Shown one piece after another: positions 28,372 through 38,343 of a stretch of DNA of 64,000 nt. Source of the DNA: Polyangiales bacterium (GTDB taxonomy: Bacteria; Myxococcota_A; Polyangia; Polyangiales; Polyangiaceae); NCBI GenBank assembly GCA_038230375.1, contig JBBRNJ010000009.1, positions 64,001-128,000 of the forward strand. Direction: 5' to 3'. The translations under genes and the position numbers were made by a program. Numbering within the stretch: position 1 is the stretch's first letter; the number at the start of each line of letters is the position of its first letter. The notes beneath the pieces were generated by a model, which worked only from the letters and a program-made list of their open reading frames with translations, made no database searches and had not been told where the DNA came from.

Positions 28372-30243
28372 ATGTTCTACGCGTTGAACCATCTCTCGAC
28401 GATCCTCACCACGCCGTACGGCATGGTCTCGTTCGCGTTCTTCGTGCTCTTCTTCGACTACTTCTATCTCTACCCGCGCTACTGGCTCCTGCGCGCGCTC
28501 CGCGGCTCCGCTGGCAACGCACCACGCACGGCGCTTCCGTCGGGCCTGCTCATCATCCCTTCGCTGCTTCGCGAGCAGGCGGAGCTGGATGCGATCAAGT
28601 CGACCATCGAGAGCGTCATTACGAATGACTACCCGGGCGACCTGATCATCATCGCGAGCATCGACGGCTACGAGGAAGCGCCCGCGCTGTATCGAGACCT
28701 CGCGCGATGGGTCGAGTCCCGGCAGGGTGACCTTGCGACGGGCGTGTGGCTCCATCTGACGGGTCGCCTGCAGCGGGGCGGCAAGCCGATGGCCATCGAG
28801 CAAGGCGTCCAGCACATGCACGAGCTGCTCGCGCGCGGCGCCCATGATGCGTTCCCCGAGATCTACTTCAGCACCGACGCCGACGCCGACCTGGGCCCAC
28901 GCGCGCTGGAGCACCTTGGCCGACGCCTCTGCATGAAGAACCCCATCACGGGCAGCCCCGGGCGCGCGGTGGCGGGCAACCTGTACGTGCGCGGCAACGA
29001 CTACTGGCGCGGGCTGCGCCACTTCTTCACGCAGGAGGGGCAGGTCAGCATCCAGGTCGCGCGCGACTATCTGGTCACCAACGTGACTCGCTACAACAAG
29101 CGCATGATGCCGATCGCCGGCACCACCGGCGTCCTCTACTGCATCTGGACGGACATCTTCCTGCAGGGGCCGCGCTTCATGGGCTTCATGCGGACGCTTC
29201 GGCTGCGCGACTGGCTCAAGTGGTGGCTTGGTTTTCCGCCGCCCAAGTTCTCGCAGAGCTCCGCCGCACCGATCCCCGAGCTGATGGTCGGCGACACCGA
29301 CGACACGGTGAGCGCGTTCCTCGCCATCGCCGCGCGCTGGCAAGATGGGCGCTTCACGCTCGATGCTCCGGCCACCCCGCTACATGCCGTCTACTACATG
29401 CTCCGCAGCGTGTTCATCGACCGCGCGCTCCGCCACGAGCCTGAGGCCCGCGTCTATACATCCTCCCCCACCACCGTGCGCACCCTGTGGAAGCAGCGCC
29501 GCCGCTGGAACACTGCGCGCATCGAGGTCACCGGCCGCTTCAGCCGCTCGCTCTGGTACCACTGGGACCTCGGCATCTGCACGATTGGCACGATGGCGAT
29601 GACGGCGCGCTACATCGCGGTCGCGCTCTACTGCTACGTACAGCTGCCCATCGCGTTTCTCCAGGGCAGCGCGCCGCTCCGCATCGCGATCGCGTTCAGC
29701 CTACAAATCACGATCTATTCGTTGTGGACGCTGATGGCGCTCTCCATGAACGGGGAGCTGCGCAAGAACTGGCGGCTGTTCCTGGCCGTGCCGCTCGCCC
29801 CGCTCTACATGCTTGTCTTCGCGTTCTTCACGACGCTGAGTGGCATCGTCAGCGACGTGTTCCTCTTTGGCAACGTCACGAGGTTCGCGCCGGAGTCCAC
29901 GCTGATCGTCGGGCGCTCCGTCCGCATCGCGCTGCTCTCGCGCGTGAGGCGTGCGTTGGTGCTCCTGGTCCGGTCGGCGATCTACGGCGACGTGCCGCTC
30001 GGACTGTTCTGGCTCGGATGGAACGACACGAAATGGACGCCAAGCGGCTTCCTTGGCTGGACCACCGGAAACCGGCCCACGCTACTCCAACGCCTTCGTC
30101 ACGGCGCCACGGCACCCACTCTCTCCACAATCGCACCCGCCGCAAGACCGCTGGCGATGGATGTGCTCCGCGAGAGCGTGCGAATCGCGCATGTCGCCCC
30201 AGCAAACGCCGTGGAGCCAGAGCGAAAAGCCGACGCGGCGTGA
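28372..30243 (+). CDS. Processive GT2 polysaccharide synthase (copy 2, gene C)
   Basis: SIDG, GKPMA, TDAD, GDTDD and QRRRW motifs; multiple TMs. Confidence 0.87.
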   Translation: MFYALNHLSTILTTPYGMVSFAFFVLFFDYFYLYPRYWLLRALRGSAGNAPRTALPSGLLIIPSLLREQAELDAIKSTIESVITNDYPGDLIIIASIDGYEEAPALYRDLARWVESRQGDLATGVWLHLTGRLQRGGKPMAIEQGVQHMHELLARGAHDAFPEIYFSTDADADLGPRALEHLGRRLCMKNPITGSPGRAVAGNLYVRGNDYWRGLRHFFTQEGQVSIQVARDYLVTNVTRYNKRMMPIAGTTGVLYCIWTDIFLQGPRFMGFMRTLRLRDWLKWWLGFPPPKFSQSSAAPIPELMVGDTDDTVSAFLAIAARWQDGRFTLDAPATPLHAVYYMLRSVFIDRALRHEPEARVYTSSPTTVRTLWKQRRRWNTARIEVTGRFSRSLWYHWDLGICTIGTMAMTARYIAVALYCYVQLPIAFLQGSAPLRIAIAFSLQITIYSLWTLMALSMNGELRKNWRLFLAVPLAPLYMLVFAFFTTLSGIVSDVFLFGNVTRFAPESTLIVGRSVRIALLSRVRRALVLLVRSAIYGDVPLGLFWLGWNDTKWTPSGFLGWTTGNRPTLLQRLRHGATAPTLSTIAPAARPLAMDVLRESVRIAHVAPANAVEPERKADAA

Positions 30244-30250
30244 GCGCCTT

Positions 30251-31060
30251 TCAGTTGCAGGCAGGGGCGGCGCTTGCTGCGCCTGGGACGCGGACCTGGA
30301 AGTCGAAGGTTCCGTTGTCGGAGCGTACACCTGGTGGTCCCTGGATCTCGGAGGCGCTCGCGGGCAGCGCGCCCTCCCACGCAAGGACACCATCTGCGGT
30401 GACGCGCAGACGCTGACCCACGAGGTCCGCGCGGAGAGTGCGAGGAGCGCCCGCGACGATCGGCGCGACCGGACGATTGACGCTCGCTGTCGGCGTGACA
30501 TACCCGCCGTCTCCGCACTGAGCGTGCGTGGACTTCCCGGGATTGCGCTTCACGAGCACCTGGATTCCCTGGTCGGGGGCGATGTGCCACATCGCATAGA
30601 TGACGTTGCACGAGTCCTGCGCCTTGAGCTTCACGCCGATCTGACGCCGGATCTCGCCGTCCGCGAGCGGCTGCGTGTCCTTGCTGGGCCCGCGGTACGT
30701 GAAGTCCACCTCCGCGCTGCTGCTGCGGTCCGTGGAGAGGACGCCGCGCATGGCACCGGTGTCGACACGCATGTTCGTGGTGCTCCGGCCGACGCTTCCC
30801 TCGGTCGGGCAGAACTTGGATGGCGACACCACCGAGAGCGGCGTCAACGGCGCGGCCGGCTGGGGAACGATCATCGCCGCGGGGACCAGCGCGGATGACT
30901 TCTCACCAGGCTTCGTGACCGCGGCACGCGTGGTCGTCGTCGCGGCGGCGGGCACGGTCTTGGTCGCGGCAGTCGTCGGACCTGCAAACGCCTGGCACGC
31001 GAGGGCCGTGAAAGCGATGAACGAGCCCGCACTCACCGCTCGAAGTCTTCCGTGGTTCAT
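30251..31060 (-). CDS. Secreted beta-rich protein (copy 2, gene D, inverted)
   Basis: QIGVKLKAQDSCNVIYAMWH, HAQCGDGGY and GPPGVRSDN match 20795-21511. Confidence 0.65.
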   Translation of the reverse strand: MNHGRLRAVSAGSFIAFTALACQAFAGPTTAATKTVPAAATTTTRAAVTKPGEKSSALVPAAMIVPQPAAPLTPLSVVSPSKFCPTEGSVGRSTTNMRVDTGAMRGVLSTDRSSSAEVDFTYRGPSKDTQPLADGEIRRQIGVKLKAQDSCNVIYAMWHIAPDQGIQVLVKRNPGKSTHAQCGDGGYVTPTASVNRPVAPIVAGAPRTLRADLVGQRLRVTADGVLAWEGALPASASEIQGPPGVRSDNGTFDFQVRVPGAASAAPACN

Positions 31061-31116
31061 TCCCGACGGAACGGGCGCCGCGGGTCGAACTTTAGGGCGA
31101 CCTCACGGTGACGAGC

Positions 31117-33129
31117 CTATTCCTTCTTCATTCGCGTCTCGATGGCGCTGATGGCCTTCTGCAGCGAACCGTCATGGATGCACTGGAGCGCGTCCTTCTT
31201 GCCGAACCAGCCCGTGGGCACGCGCACGAGAAGCGCCTTGAGCAGCGCGACGGTTCGCCCGTCACCGTCCGTCTGCGCGCGCTCCAGGAGCTCCTTCACC
31301 TTGCAGCTCTGGCCTGCGACGGCCAGGTCCAGGGTCACGCTCAGCGCGGAGGTCATCTTGGTTCTGAGGTCGGGCCGCTTCAGCAGCTTGCGCGCGCGTT
31401 CCTTTGCCTTCGCGTTGTACTGACCGGAGAGCCCGTATCCGATGTCGTAGAGATCATCGAGACCAACGGTGCCCATGTGCTTCTCGAGCAACGCAAACGC
31501 AAGATCCGCGGCGACGGCGTTGTTGGAGATCGCGGAGTCGCGGATCATGATGCGGACCTTCTGCTCGCCCGCAACCAGCGACACGCCCGCGTCTGCGGTG
31601 TCATCCAGCCACGCGGTGACGACCACCATGCACTCTTCGTTCTTGTCGGTCGCGTTGTATGCGGTGGCGAGCGCGCGGCGGACCTCGGGTCGGGTCTTGA
31701 GCTCTTCTGGAAGGCCAGAGAGCTTCTCGATGCCACTGCCATAGTCGCCGCGGTCGACGGATTGAATTCCGTCGTGCACGCGATCATCCGTAGGTGGCGG
31801 TGGCGTGCCGGCCCACCCGGAGGCGGACGCGGACGCGCTGACCTGTGCGACTGCGCCCGCATCGGAGGTGACGGTCTTGCCGCCGCTGCTCACCACCGCA
31901 ACGCCGACGATCGCGAGCAACACCACGACCACGACCGCGGCGCCGATGATGAGCGTCTTGGGCCTGGCGCGCACCGCGGCAGCCACGGACTCCGGAACCT
32001 TCACGTTGCCGCTCGCAGATGGAAGCGCGATGACCGCGGCGGTGGGTGCCACGCCGAGCGCTCCGCTGTTGGGCGCGCCAACGAAGCTCATCGGCGCCTG
32101 CGTGGACGCAGGCCCGGACGACGCGAGCGCGCTGGGATCGAGCTTTCCTTGCGAGACCAGGTTGATCGAGATGCTCTGCAGCGATTCGAGAAGCTCCTTT
32201 GGATCCTGGACGCGTTCGTCCGCCTCCTTCGCGAGGAGCTTCCTCACGAGCGCCTCGATCTCGGGCGGGATATTCGCCTCTGGCGCGCGCTCCGTCATGG
32301 AGGGCACCGGCGCGGTGACATGCATGCCCAGGATTTTCACCTTGCTCTCGGCGTCGAACGGACGCGCGCCCGTGAGCATCTCGTAGAACATCACGCCGAG
32401 CGCATAGATGTCCGCGCGCGCGTCCACGGGATTGCCGAGCGCCTGCTCCGGAGCCATGTACTCCGGTGTGCCGTACACCATGCCTGCCTGCGTGAGCACG
32501 GGCTGCGCGGAGTCCGACTGGCGCGACGTGTTGCCCGCCTCCGCGATCTCGCCCACCGGCACCTTCGCGATGCCGAAGTCGAGGACCTTCACGAAGTCGG
32601 GGTCGCCGTCGCGATCGACGAGCATGACGTTCTCGGGCTTGAGATCGCGATGAACGATGCCGAGCGCATGCGCGCGCACCAGCGCATTCGCGATCTGCCG
32701 TGTGACGTGAATCGCGCGAGCGAGCGGGAGCCGGCCTTGCGAGACGAGCTGCCGAAGGCTCACGCCCTCGATGAACTCGAGGACCAGGAAGAACGAGCCG
32801 TCGTCGAGCTTGCCGAAGTCCGTCGCTGCGGCCACGTTCGGGTGATCGATGTGCGCTGCAGCCATGGCCTCGCGCTCGAACCGCGCGACGACCTCTCGCA
32901 TGCGGCTCATCTCGGCGTGGAGCACCTTGATGGCGACGCGCTTGCGCATGAGCGTGTGCTCGGCCTGATAGACGGCGCCCATGCCACCTTCGCCGAGCAG
33001 CTTCTCGATGCGGTACCGATCGGAGATGACAAGGCCGAGAAGCGACGCGGGTCCAGCGACGTCGCTCGGATCGCGCGCAACCCGCGCCTGCCCATCCTGT
33101 GAGGTGGGCTTGTCATTGCCAGAAGTCAT
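31117..33129 (-). CDS. Transmembrane Ser/Thr protein kinase
   Basis: GEGGMG, VAIK, HRDLKPEN, DFG and GTPEYMAPE motifs; TM; extracytoplasmic helical domain. Confidence 0.95.
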   Translation of the reverse strand: MTSGNDKPTSQDGQARVARDPSDVAGPASLLGLVISDRYRIEKLLGEGGMGAVYQAEHTLMRKRVAIKVLHAEMSRMREVVARFEREAMAAAHIDHPNVAAATDFGKLDDGSFFLVLEFIEGVSLRQLVSQGRLPLARAIHVTRQIANALVRAHALGIVHRDLKPENVMLVDRDGDPDFVKVLDFGIAKVPVGEIAEAGNTSRQSDSAQPVLTQAGMVYGTPEYMAPEQALGNPVDARADIYALGVMFYEMLTGARPFDAESKVKILGMHVTAPVPSMTERAPEANIPPEIEALVRKLLAKEADERVQDPKELLESLQSISINLVSQGKLDPSALASSGPASTQAPMSFVGAPNSGALGVAPTAAVIALPSASGNVKVPESVAAAVRARPKTLIIGAAVVVVVLLAIVGVAVVSSGGKTVTSDAGAVAQVSASASASGWAGTPPPPTDDRVHDGIQSVDRGDYGSGIEKLSGLPEELKTRPEVRRALATAYNATDKNEECMVVVTAWLDDTADAGVSLVAGEQKVRIMIRDSAISNNAVAADLAFALLEKHMGTVGLDDLYDIGYGLSGQYNAKAKERARKLLKRPDLRTKMTSALSVTLDLAVAGQSCKVKELLERAQTDGDGRTVALLKALLVRVPTGWFGKKDALQCIHDGSLQKAISAIETRMKKE

Positions 33130-33186
33130 GGGAAAAGCCCTCCCACGATACTCGCTTGGAAGTGCGGTGTGAACACCGCGTCCCCG

Positions 33187-33984
33187 CTAGAGGTCTTTCT
33201 TGACTACGGCGTGGTAGATGATGGTTACGGGGATTCGGATCTTGCCGTAGAGCGCCTGCACTGGGCCGAGGTCTTCGTACGTGCGGGCCTGGTACTCGAC
33301 GCCGAAGAGGCTCCAACCTGCAGCGACCGTCACGCCGCCATGACCCGAAGCGTCCACGAGGCCGCCGACCTGTCCCCAGACGCCGTACTGGATGTGCATC
33401 GCCTCGAGCTGGATGCCGAAGTTCGTCGCGTCCAGCCCGCCGATGCGAAACACCTTCACGAGATCGTACGTGAGCCCGGCCGTGTAGAACCAGTCATCCC
33501 GCACGTGAAGGACGCCTGCGCGCGCGCGACCGAAAAACGACGGGCGATTCTCCGGCGTGTCGATCACCGCGCCGTAGCCGAAGTCGAGGTTCAGGTCCCA
33601 CGTCGTGACACGAATCTCCGGACGCATCGCCTGGACGGGCATGCCTTCGCGCTTGGGGCGTGCTGGCGTGTTCGGATCGAGCACGAGCGGCTGCACGGGC
33701 TGCAGCACCATCGTCGGTGGAGCGAGCGGGTTCTGGACTGGCTCGGTCGGGACCGGTGTGGGCGGCGGAGGCGGAGTGGTCGGCCCCGGCGGCGGAGGTG
33801 GAATGAAATAGGATGGAGCGGACGGCGGCGGCGCGTTGCGCGGCGTGATCGTCACGGCGGATGCGCTGGTGTCAGGCGATGCGCCAGGCGCATCTGCCGC
33901 ACGTACGGTGGTCACGATCGAGGCCGCGCTCAACCCGAGCGCGCACGTCGTTCCAGCGCGAAAAATGAAAGCGCGCGTGTTCAA
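33187..33984 (-). CDS. Secreted Pro-rich protein with beta-barrel-like C-terminus
   Basis: Signal peptide, Pro linker, amphipathic beta strands. Confidence 0.6.
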   Translation of the reverse strand: MNTRAFIFRAGTTCALGLSAASIVTTVRAADAPGASPDTSASAVTITPRNAPPPSAPSYFIPPPPPGPTTPPPPPTPVPTEPVQNPLAPPTMVLQPVQPLVLDPNTPARPKREGMPVQAMRPEIRVTTWDLNLDFGYGAVIDTPENRPSFFGRARAGVLHVRDDWFYTAGLTYDLVKVFRIGGLDATNFGIQLEAMHIQYGVWGQVGGLVDASGHGGVTVAAGWSLFGVEYQARTYEDLGPVQALYGKIRIPVTIIYHAVVKKDL

Positions 33985-33985
33985 G

Positions 33986-34432
33986 CTAAGGACCCTGACG
34001 GATCTCAGCCAGGAGATTGAAGCGGCCCGCAGGCGCCGCGCCGCCCTCGCCGGCTACAAAAAGAGATTTCCCGTGGAGCGCCTTCAGAACGCAGACCACG
34101 GGAGCTTCACTCGGGAACTTGTCGACGACAGCGTTCCCATCCACAACTGCAAACTGAATACGAAAGCCCTGACCCTTCTTCAGAAAGGCCACGGCCTCCG
34201 GACACGCTTTGAGCGCGCCGTGAAATCCAGACGCGATCGTGTTGACCGACGACGTGACACTCGGGCCACCACTGGTGGCGATTGCGACTTGTACGTTCGT
34301 TCCGTCGACCGATAACTGAACCCCCGTCGGTTCCCCGAAGGTGGCAGCAGCTTCGCGCTTGCACGCGAGGAGCGGTAGAAGCAGAGCGAACGTGGTCGCG
34401 AATCGAACGAGCGTCACGCCGCCGTTAGACAC
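33986..34432 (-). CDS. Hypothetical lipoprotein
   Basis: LLAC lipobox; two additional Cys. Confidence 0.6.
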   Translation of the reverse strand: MSNGGVTLVRFATTFALLLPLLACKREAAATFGEPTGVQLSVDGTNVQVAIATSGGPSVTSSVNTIASGFHGALKACPEAVAFLKKGQGFRIQFAVVDGNAVVDKFPSEAPVVCVLKALHGKSLFVAGEGGAAPAGRFNLLAEIRQGP

Positions 34433-34444
34433 GACGTGAATGGC

Positions 34445-34651
34445 TCAGGGCGACTCGGCCGACTGGCAGCTCGAAACGCCGCTGTCTGCGACCTTGCAAA
34501 CGAAGACCTGACGGAGCGCGCCGTACAGGAACATATCGTTGCGGGTGACGACAACCTTGTCGGTGCCGACGCCAGTGAGACCACCGTACGCGCAGCCCGT
34601 GGCCGCAACGAGGGCGGGGACCGCAACCAAGGCAAAAAGGACCTTCTTCAT
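34445..34651 (-). CDS. 68-aa lipoprotein (tandem paralog 2)
   Basis: ATGC lipobox; RNDMFLYGALRQVFVCKVADSGVSSC; GGAG RBS. Confidence 0.75.
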   Translation of the reverse strand: MKKVLFALVAVPALVAATGCAYGGLTGVGTDKVVVTRNDMFLYGALRQVFVCKVADSGVSSCQSAESP

Positions 34652-34694
34652 GGGATCAATCTCCGTAAAATTTTTGTTGGTATCGTTAAGACGC

Positions 34695-34901
34695 TCAGGG
34701 AGCGTCGGCTGAGGCGCAGGACGAAACGCCGCTGTCCGCAACCTTGCAAACGAAGACCTTGCGGAGGGCGCCGTAGAGGAAGGAGTCGTTACGGGCGATG
34801 ACAACCTTGTCACCAACCGTCGCAACACCACCATACGAGCAGCCGAACAGGGCTCCCGAAACCATCGCCGCCGCGAGAATAAATGCGAATCCGCTCTTCA
34901 T
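34695..34901 (-). CDS. 68-aa lipoprotein (tandem paralog 1)
   Basis: LFGC lipobox; RNDSFLYGALRKVFVCKVADSGVSSC; GGAGG RBS. Confidence 0.75.
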   Translation of the reverse strand: MKSGFAFILAAAMVSGALFGCSYGGVATVGDKVVIARNDSFLYGALRKVFVCKVADSGVSSCASADAP

Positions 34902-35091
34902 GATCCCTCCAAACACATTTCAGGAGTCAAAGTCGGGAAGACTCTCGATCACCAAATCATCCCGCATGATCCATACAACGCGGTGAGCGAGCGCCGCCAG
35001 CTAACTAAGGATCGGCAAGGGTTGTCAAGGATTCGCTGCAAGGGGGCCACATTTGGGCGGAACATCGGGCAGCCGGCCCCCCCAACATTTG

Positions 35092-35772
35092 TCAGCGCCC
35101 GAAGCCCAAACCGACCGTCAAAAACGTGGAAAAAGCGTCGTTTCCCGCCGGTAGAAGCCGGTTCTCCGGGTACCCGGAGGCGAAGAAGGCGCGGCCGGGG
35201 TCCTGGTAGACGCTCCCCGCGAAACCGAAGCCGACCCGGCCTCCCAGCTCGGCCACGAGCTCGAACGGGGGGCGCAGGGCGTACGCGACCCCGACGCCGA
35301 ACGGGACCTCGGCCATGGACCCGCCGGCTTGGGTGACGAGCACGTCGGTGGGCTGCGCAGGCGACACTTCGTCCGGAGCGAGCGAGAGCGTCGTGTGATA
35401 GCTGGGCGTGAACACGAGCTCGTAGCCGAAGCCGACGAAGAGCCACGCATGCACGTGGGTCGTTCGCCACGGCGAGATCCCGACGACGCGCGCGCCGCCG
35501 CCGACCATCTGCCTCGTCGCGGGACCCACGCTGGTCATGTCGCCCGAGAGATACCCGCCGACACGCAGGAGCGGCAGCAACGCGACGTGCCCATTGAGCT
35601 GCGCTGCGGGACCGAAGCCCGCATCCGAGCCGCCGTGAGGACGGTTGAAGACGAAGCGCTTCGCGACGCCCACCTGCGCCGACGCATCCCAGCGAACCTG
35701 CGCGGCCGCGGGGCGCGGCGCGATCAGGAGCAAGAGCAGCGCAGACCCCAGCACGGCGAGCGGGCGTTTCAC
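35092..35772 (-). CDS. Outer-membrane beta-barrel-like protein
   Basis: Signal peptide, alternating beta strands, ends FLTVGLGFGR; GTG start inferred. Confidence 0.6.
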   Translation of the reverse strand: MKRPLAVLGSALLLLLIAPRPAAAQVRWDASAQVGVAKRFVFNRPHGGSDAGFGPAAQLNGHVALLPLLRVGGYLSGDMTSVGPATRQMVGGGARVVGISPWRTTHVHAWLFVGFGYELVFTPSYHTTLSLAPDEVSPAQPTDVLVTQAGGSMAEVPFGVGVAYALRPPFELVAELGGRVGFGFAGSVYQDPGRAFFASGYPENRLLPAGNDAFSTFLTVGLGFGR

Positions 35773-35919
35773 GGCGAGGGACAGTAGCGGATTTTGAGAG
35801 CGCCGCTTGCTTCCTGACGCGGGTTTACGGATCCGCGCCGCGCCCCATTCCAGAGTTTCCCCGGAGGTCATCCTCCCCTTGGCCTTTCCATCGGGGCGCG
35901 TTTCGAGTAGGTACCGCAC

Positions 35920-36245
<326 letters not shown>

Positions 36246-36249
<4 letters not shown>

Positions 36250-37193
36250 GGCGTGCTCTCCTGTCGATCGCAATTGTGCTTGTTTTATCGGGGTGCGGTA
36301 CGTTCACGCGGCCTGTCGACGTGCTCGATGTGAAGCGCGATGCGGCGCATCGGCCCTCCTACGCGGGGCTTCCGATCCGGTCTGGACAGATCATCCTCAC
36401 GGAGTCCCCGGAGGCGACGAGCTTTGCGTTCGCGTTGATCCCGGACCGGTTCTACAACTTCACGCACGCGGGGGTCGTCGCGCTCGAGGATGGTGAGGCG
36501 TGGGTCTACGAGGCGTCCGGTGAGCTCGCCACGCTGCCTACGCACTCGCGCTTGCTCGACAACGTGACGGGCGCGGTGCATCGCCGTCCGCTCTTCGAGT
36601 ACATCTCGCCAAACCTCTACGCGGAGATCTTCGATCTGCCTGACGGCGTGGACGGCGAGAAGGTCGCTGCGTTCGCACGCGCGCGCTTCGCAGACAAGAC
36701 GCCGTTCGATGCGTACTTCCGGTGGGAGGATCACCAGGCGCTGTTCTGCACCGAGCTGGTGGAGCTCTCGCTTCGCGCAGGGGGCGGCGCGCCTCGTGAG
36801 CCCGGCGGCGTGCGGTTCCAGCCGTCGCTCGATCAGGCGCTCGGATGGCTCGGCGTGCGGCGCGATCAGGCGTTCCCCGCTGGCGTCTACGAGGACCAGG
36901 GCCGCTTCGTCGCAGCGCTCGGTCAGTTCCCTTCACGCGTGAACGCCCATGCTTACTTCGCTGCCAAGCGTGAGCTCTATCGCCGCTTCCACCATCCCGA
37001 TCAGCGGCTTGGCTTCATCTTCACGATGAAGGGCACGGGCGAGATCCATCTGCGCGAGGAGATCGCGGACTTCGTCGTGAACGCGAGCCACCTCTTCGAC
37101 GCGTGGTCGCCAGCGCCAGAGCCGCACGGCCCCGAGATCATCGCGGGCGTGCGCGCGTTCGCGGACCGCACGTTCGGACCGGCGCCCGACTGA
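36246..37193 (+). CDS. Permuted papain-like (YiiX/YebB, NlpC/P60) amidase/acyltransferase lipoprotein
   Basis: LSGC lipobox; His before Cys (FTHAGVV ... FCTELV); TTG start at 36246. Confidence 0.8.
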
Positions 37194-37906
37194 TGGCCGC
37201 GCTGGGGAGAGAGCGGCGCGGCTGGCGCGCGGTTCGCAGGGCAACGACGCTCCTCGCGCTCGGCTCGGCGCTCTTCGCGAACGCTCGGCACGCGCACGCC
37301 GACGAGGGCCTCGACGTGCGCAGCGAGCCACCGCCCAAGCTCGCGCCGGGCAGCGTGAAGCTCTTCTCCACGCAGTCGTCCACGTACGGGCTCACGCTCG
37401 CGGGCGGTCCGCTGGTCTATCGAAGCGTGCATGATGCAACCTTCAGCAACGGCGTCTTCGAGGCGCGTCTTGGTCGCACCATCACGACGGCGAAGTATCC
37501 GTTCTTCCTCGCCGGCTACCGGTACATCGACGTGCGCATGTTCGACACGAAGAGCTACGCGCTGTCGGTCCTCCACGAGATCGGAGGCGGCGTCGCGCTC
37601 GGTCCGCTCGAACCCGAGGTGCGGATCGGCATTCACCTCATCGAGTTCGACGTGTTCCGCGGAAGCTACAACGCCAGCCTTTTTTCCCCGCGGGTCGCTG
37701 CCGGAGCTGCCCTGAAGCTGGCGAAGTTTCGGGTAGACATCCTCGGGTATTCCGAATACCTATGGCGCTGGTTTGGCGCCAGCTACTTGAGCCGCGGCCT
37801 CATCGTGGGGCTCACGCTCGATACGCCAAGGCCGAGGCAGCAGATGTTCACCGACGATGACGCGGGCCTCACACAAGGCTCCGGTTCGGTAGCTCCCAGC
37901 AATTGA
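37193..37906 (+). CDS. Outer-membrane beta-barrel-like protein (paralog of 39294-40013)
   Basis: Signal peptide ending AHA; beta-strand periodicity. Confidence 0.6.
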   Translation: MAALGRERRGWRAVRRATTLLALGSALFANARHAHADEGLDVRSEPPPKLAPGSVKLFSTQSSTYGLTLAGGPLVYRSVHDATFSNGVFEARLGRTITTAKYPFFLAGYRYIDVRMFDTKSYALSVLHEIGGGVALGPLEPEVRIGIHLIEFDVFRGSYNASLFSPRVAAGAALKLAKFRVDILGYSEYLWRWFGASYLSRGLIVGLTLDTPRPRQQMFTDDDAGLTQGSGSVAPSN

Positions 37907-37946
37907 GCTTCATATCCCAGTTGCATATCCCAGTCGGGGTCACGTC

Positions 37947-38288
37947 ATGATGATGAAGGAAGTGCTCTCGATCGCTCTCGGTGGTTCGCTCCTCGTTCTC
38001 ACGGGTTGCGGCGGCATCATCGGCGGCTACCCGCACGGGTCGCTCTACACGGGCACGCAGGTCCCTCACTCCATGTCTCGCGCCGAGGTCACGGGACCTG
38101 GCAAGGCGGGCGACCGTGGCGGCGAGGCCTGCGCAACGGGCATCCTCGGGGTCGTCGCATTCGGGGACGCGAGCCTCAACGGCGCGAAGAAGGCTGCGCA
38201 GATCACCGAGATCCATTCGGTGGAGTTCCACGAGACCAACATCCTCGGTCTCTATTCCCAGGGCTGCACCGAGGTGCACGGTCGCTGA
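37947..38288 (+). CDS. TRL-like family lipoprotein 1
   Basis: LTGC lipobox; GEACATGILGVVAFGDAS...ILGLY...CTEVHG. Confidence 0.8.
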   Translation: MMMKEVLSIALGGSLLVLTGCGGIIGGYPHGSLYTGTQVPHSMSRAEVTGPGKAGDRGGEACATGILGVVAFGDASLNGAKKAAQITEIHSVEFHETNILGLYSQGCTEVHGR

Positions 38289-38343
38289 AAATGTCTAGAG
38301 TTTGGTTTTCGATTTTGAGTTCAACGTTCAAGGAGTGATGAAA

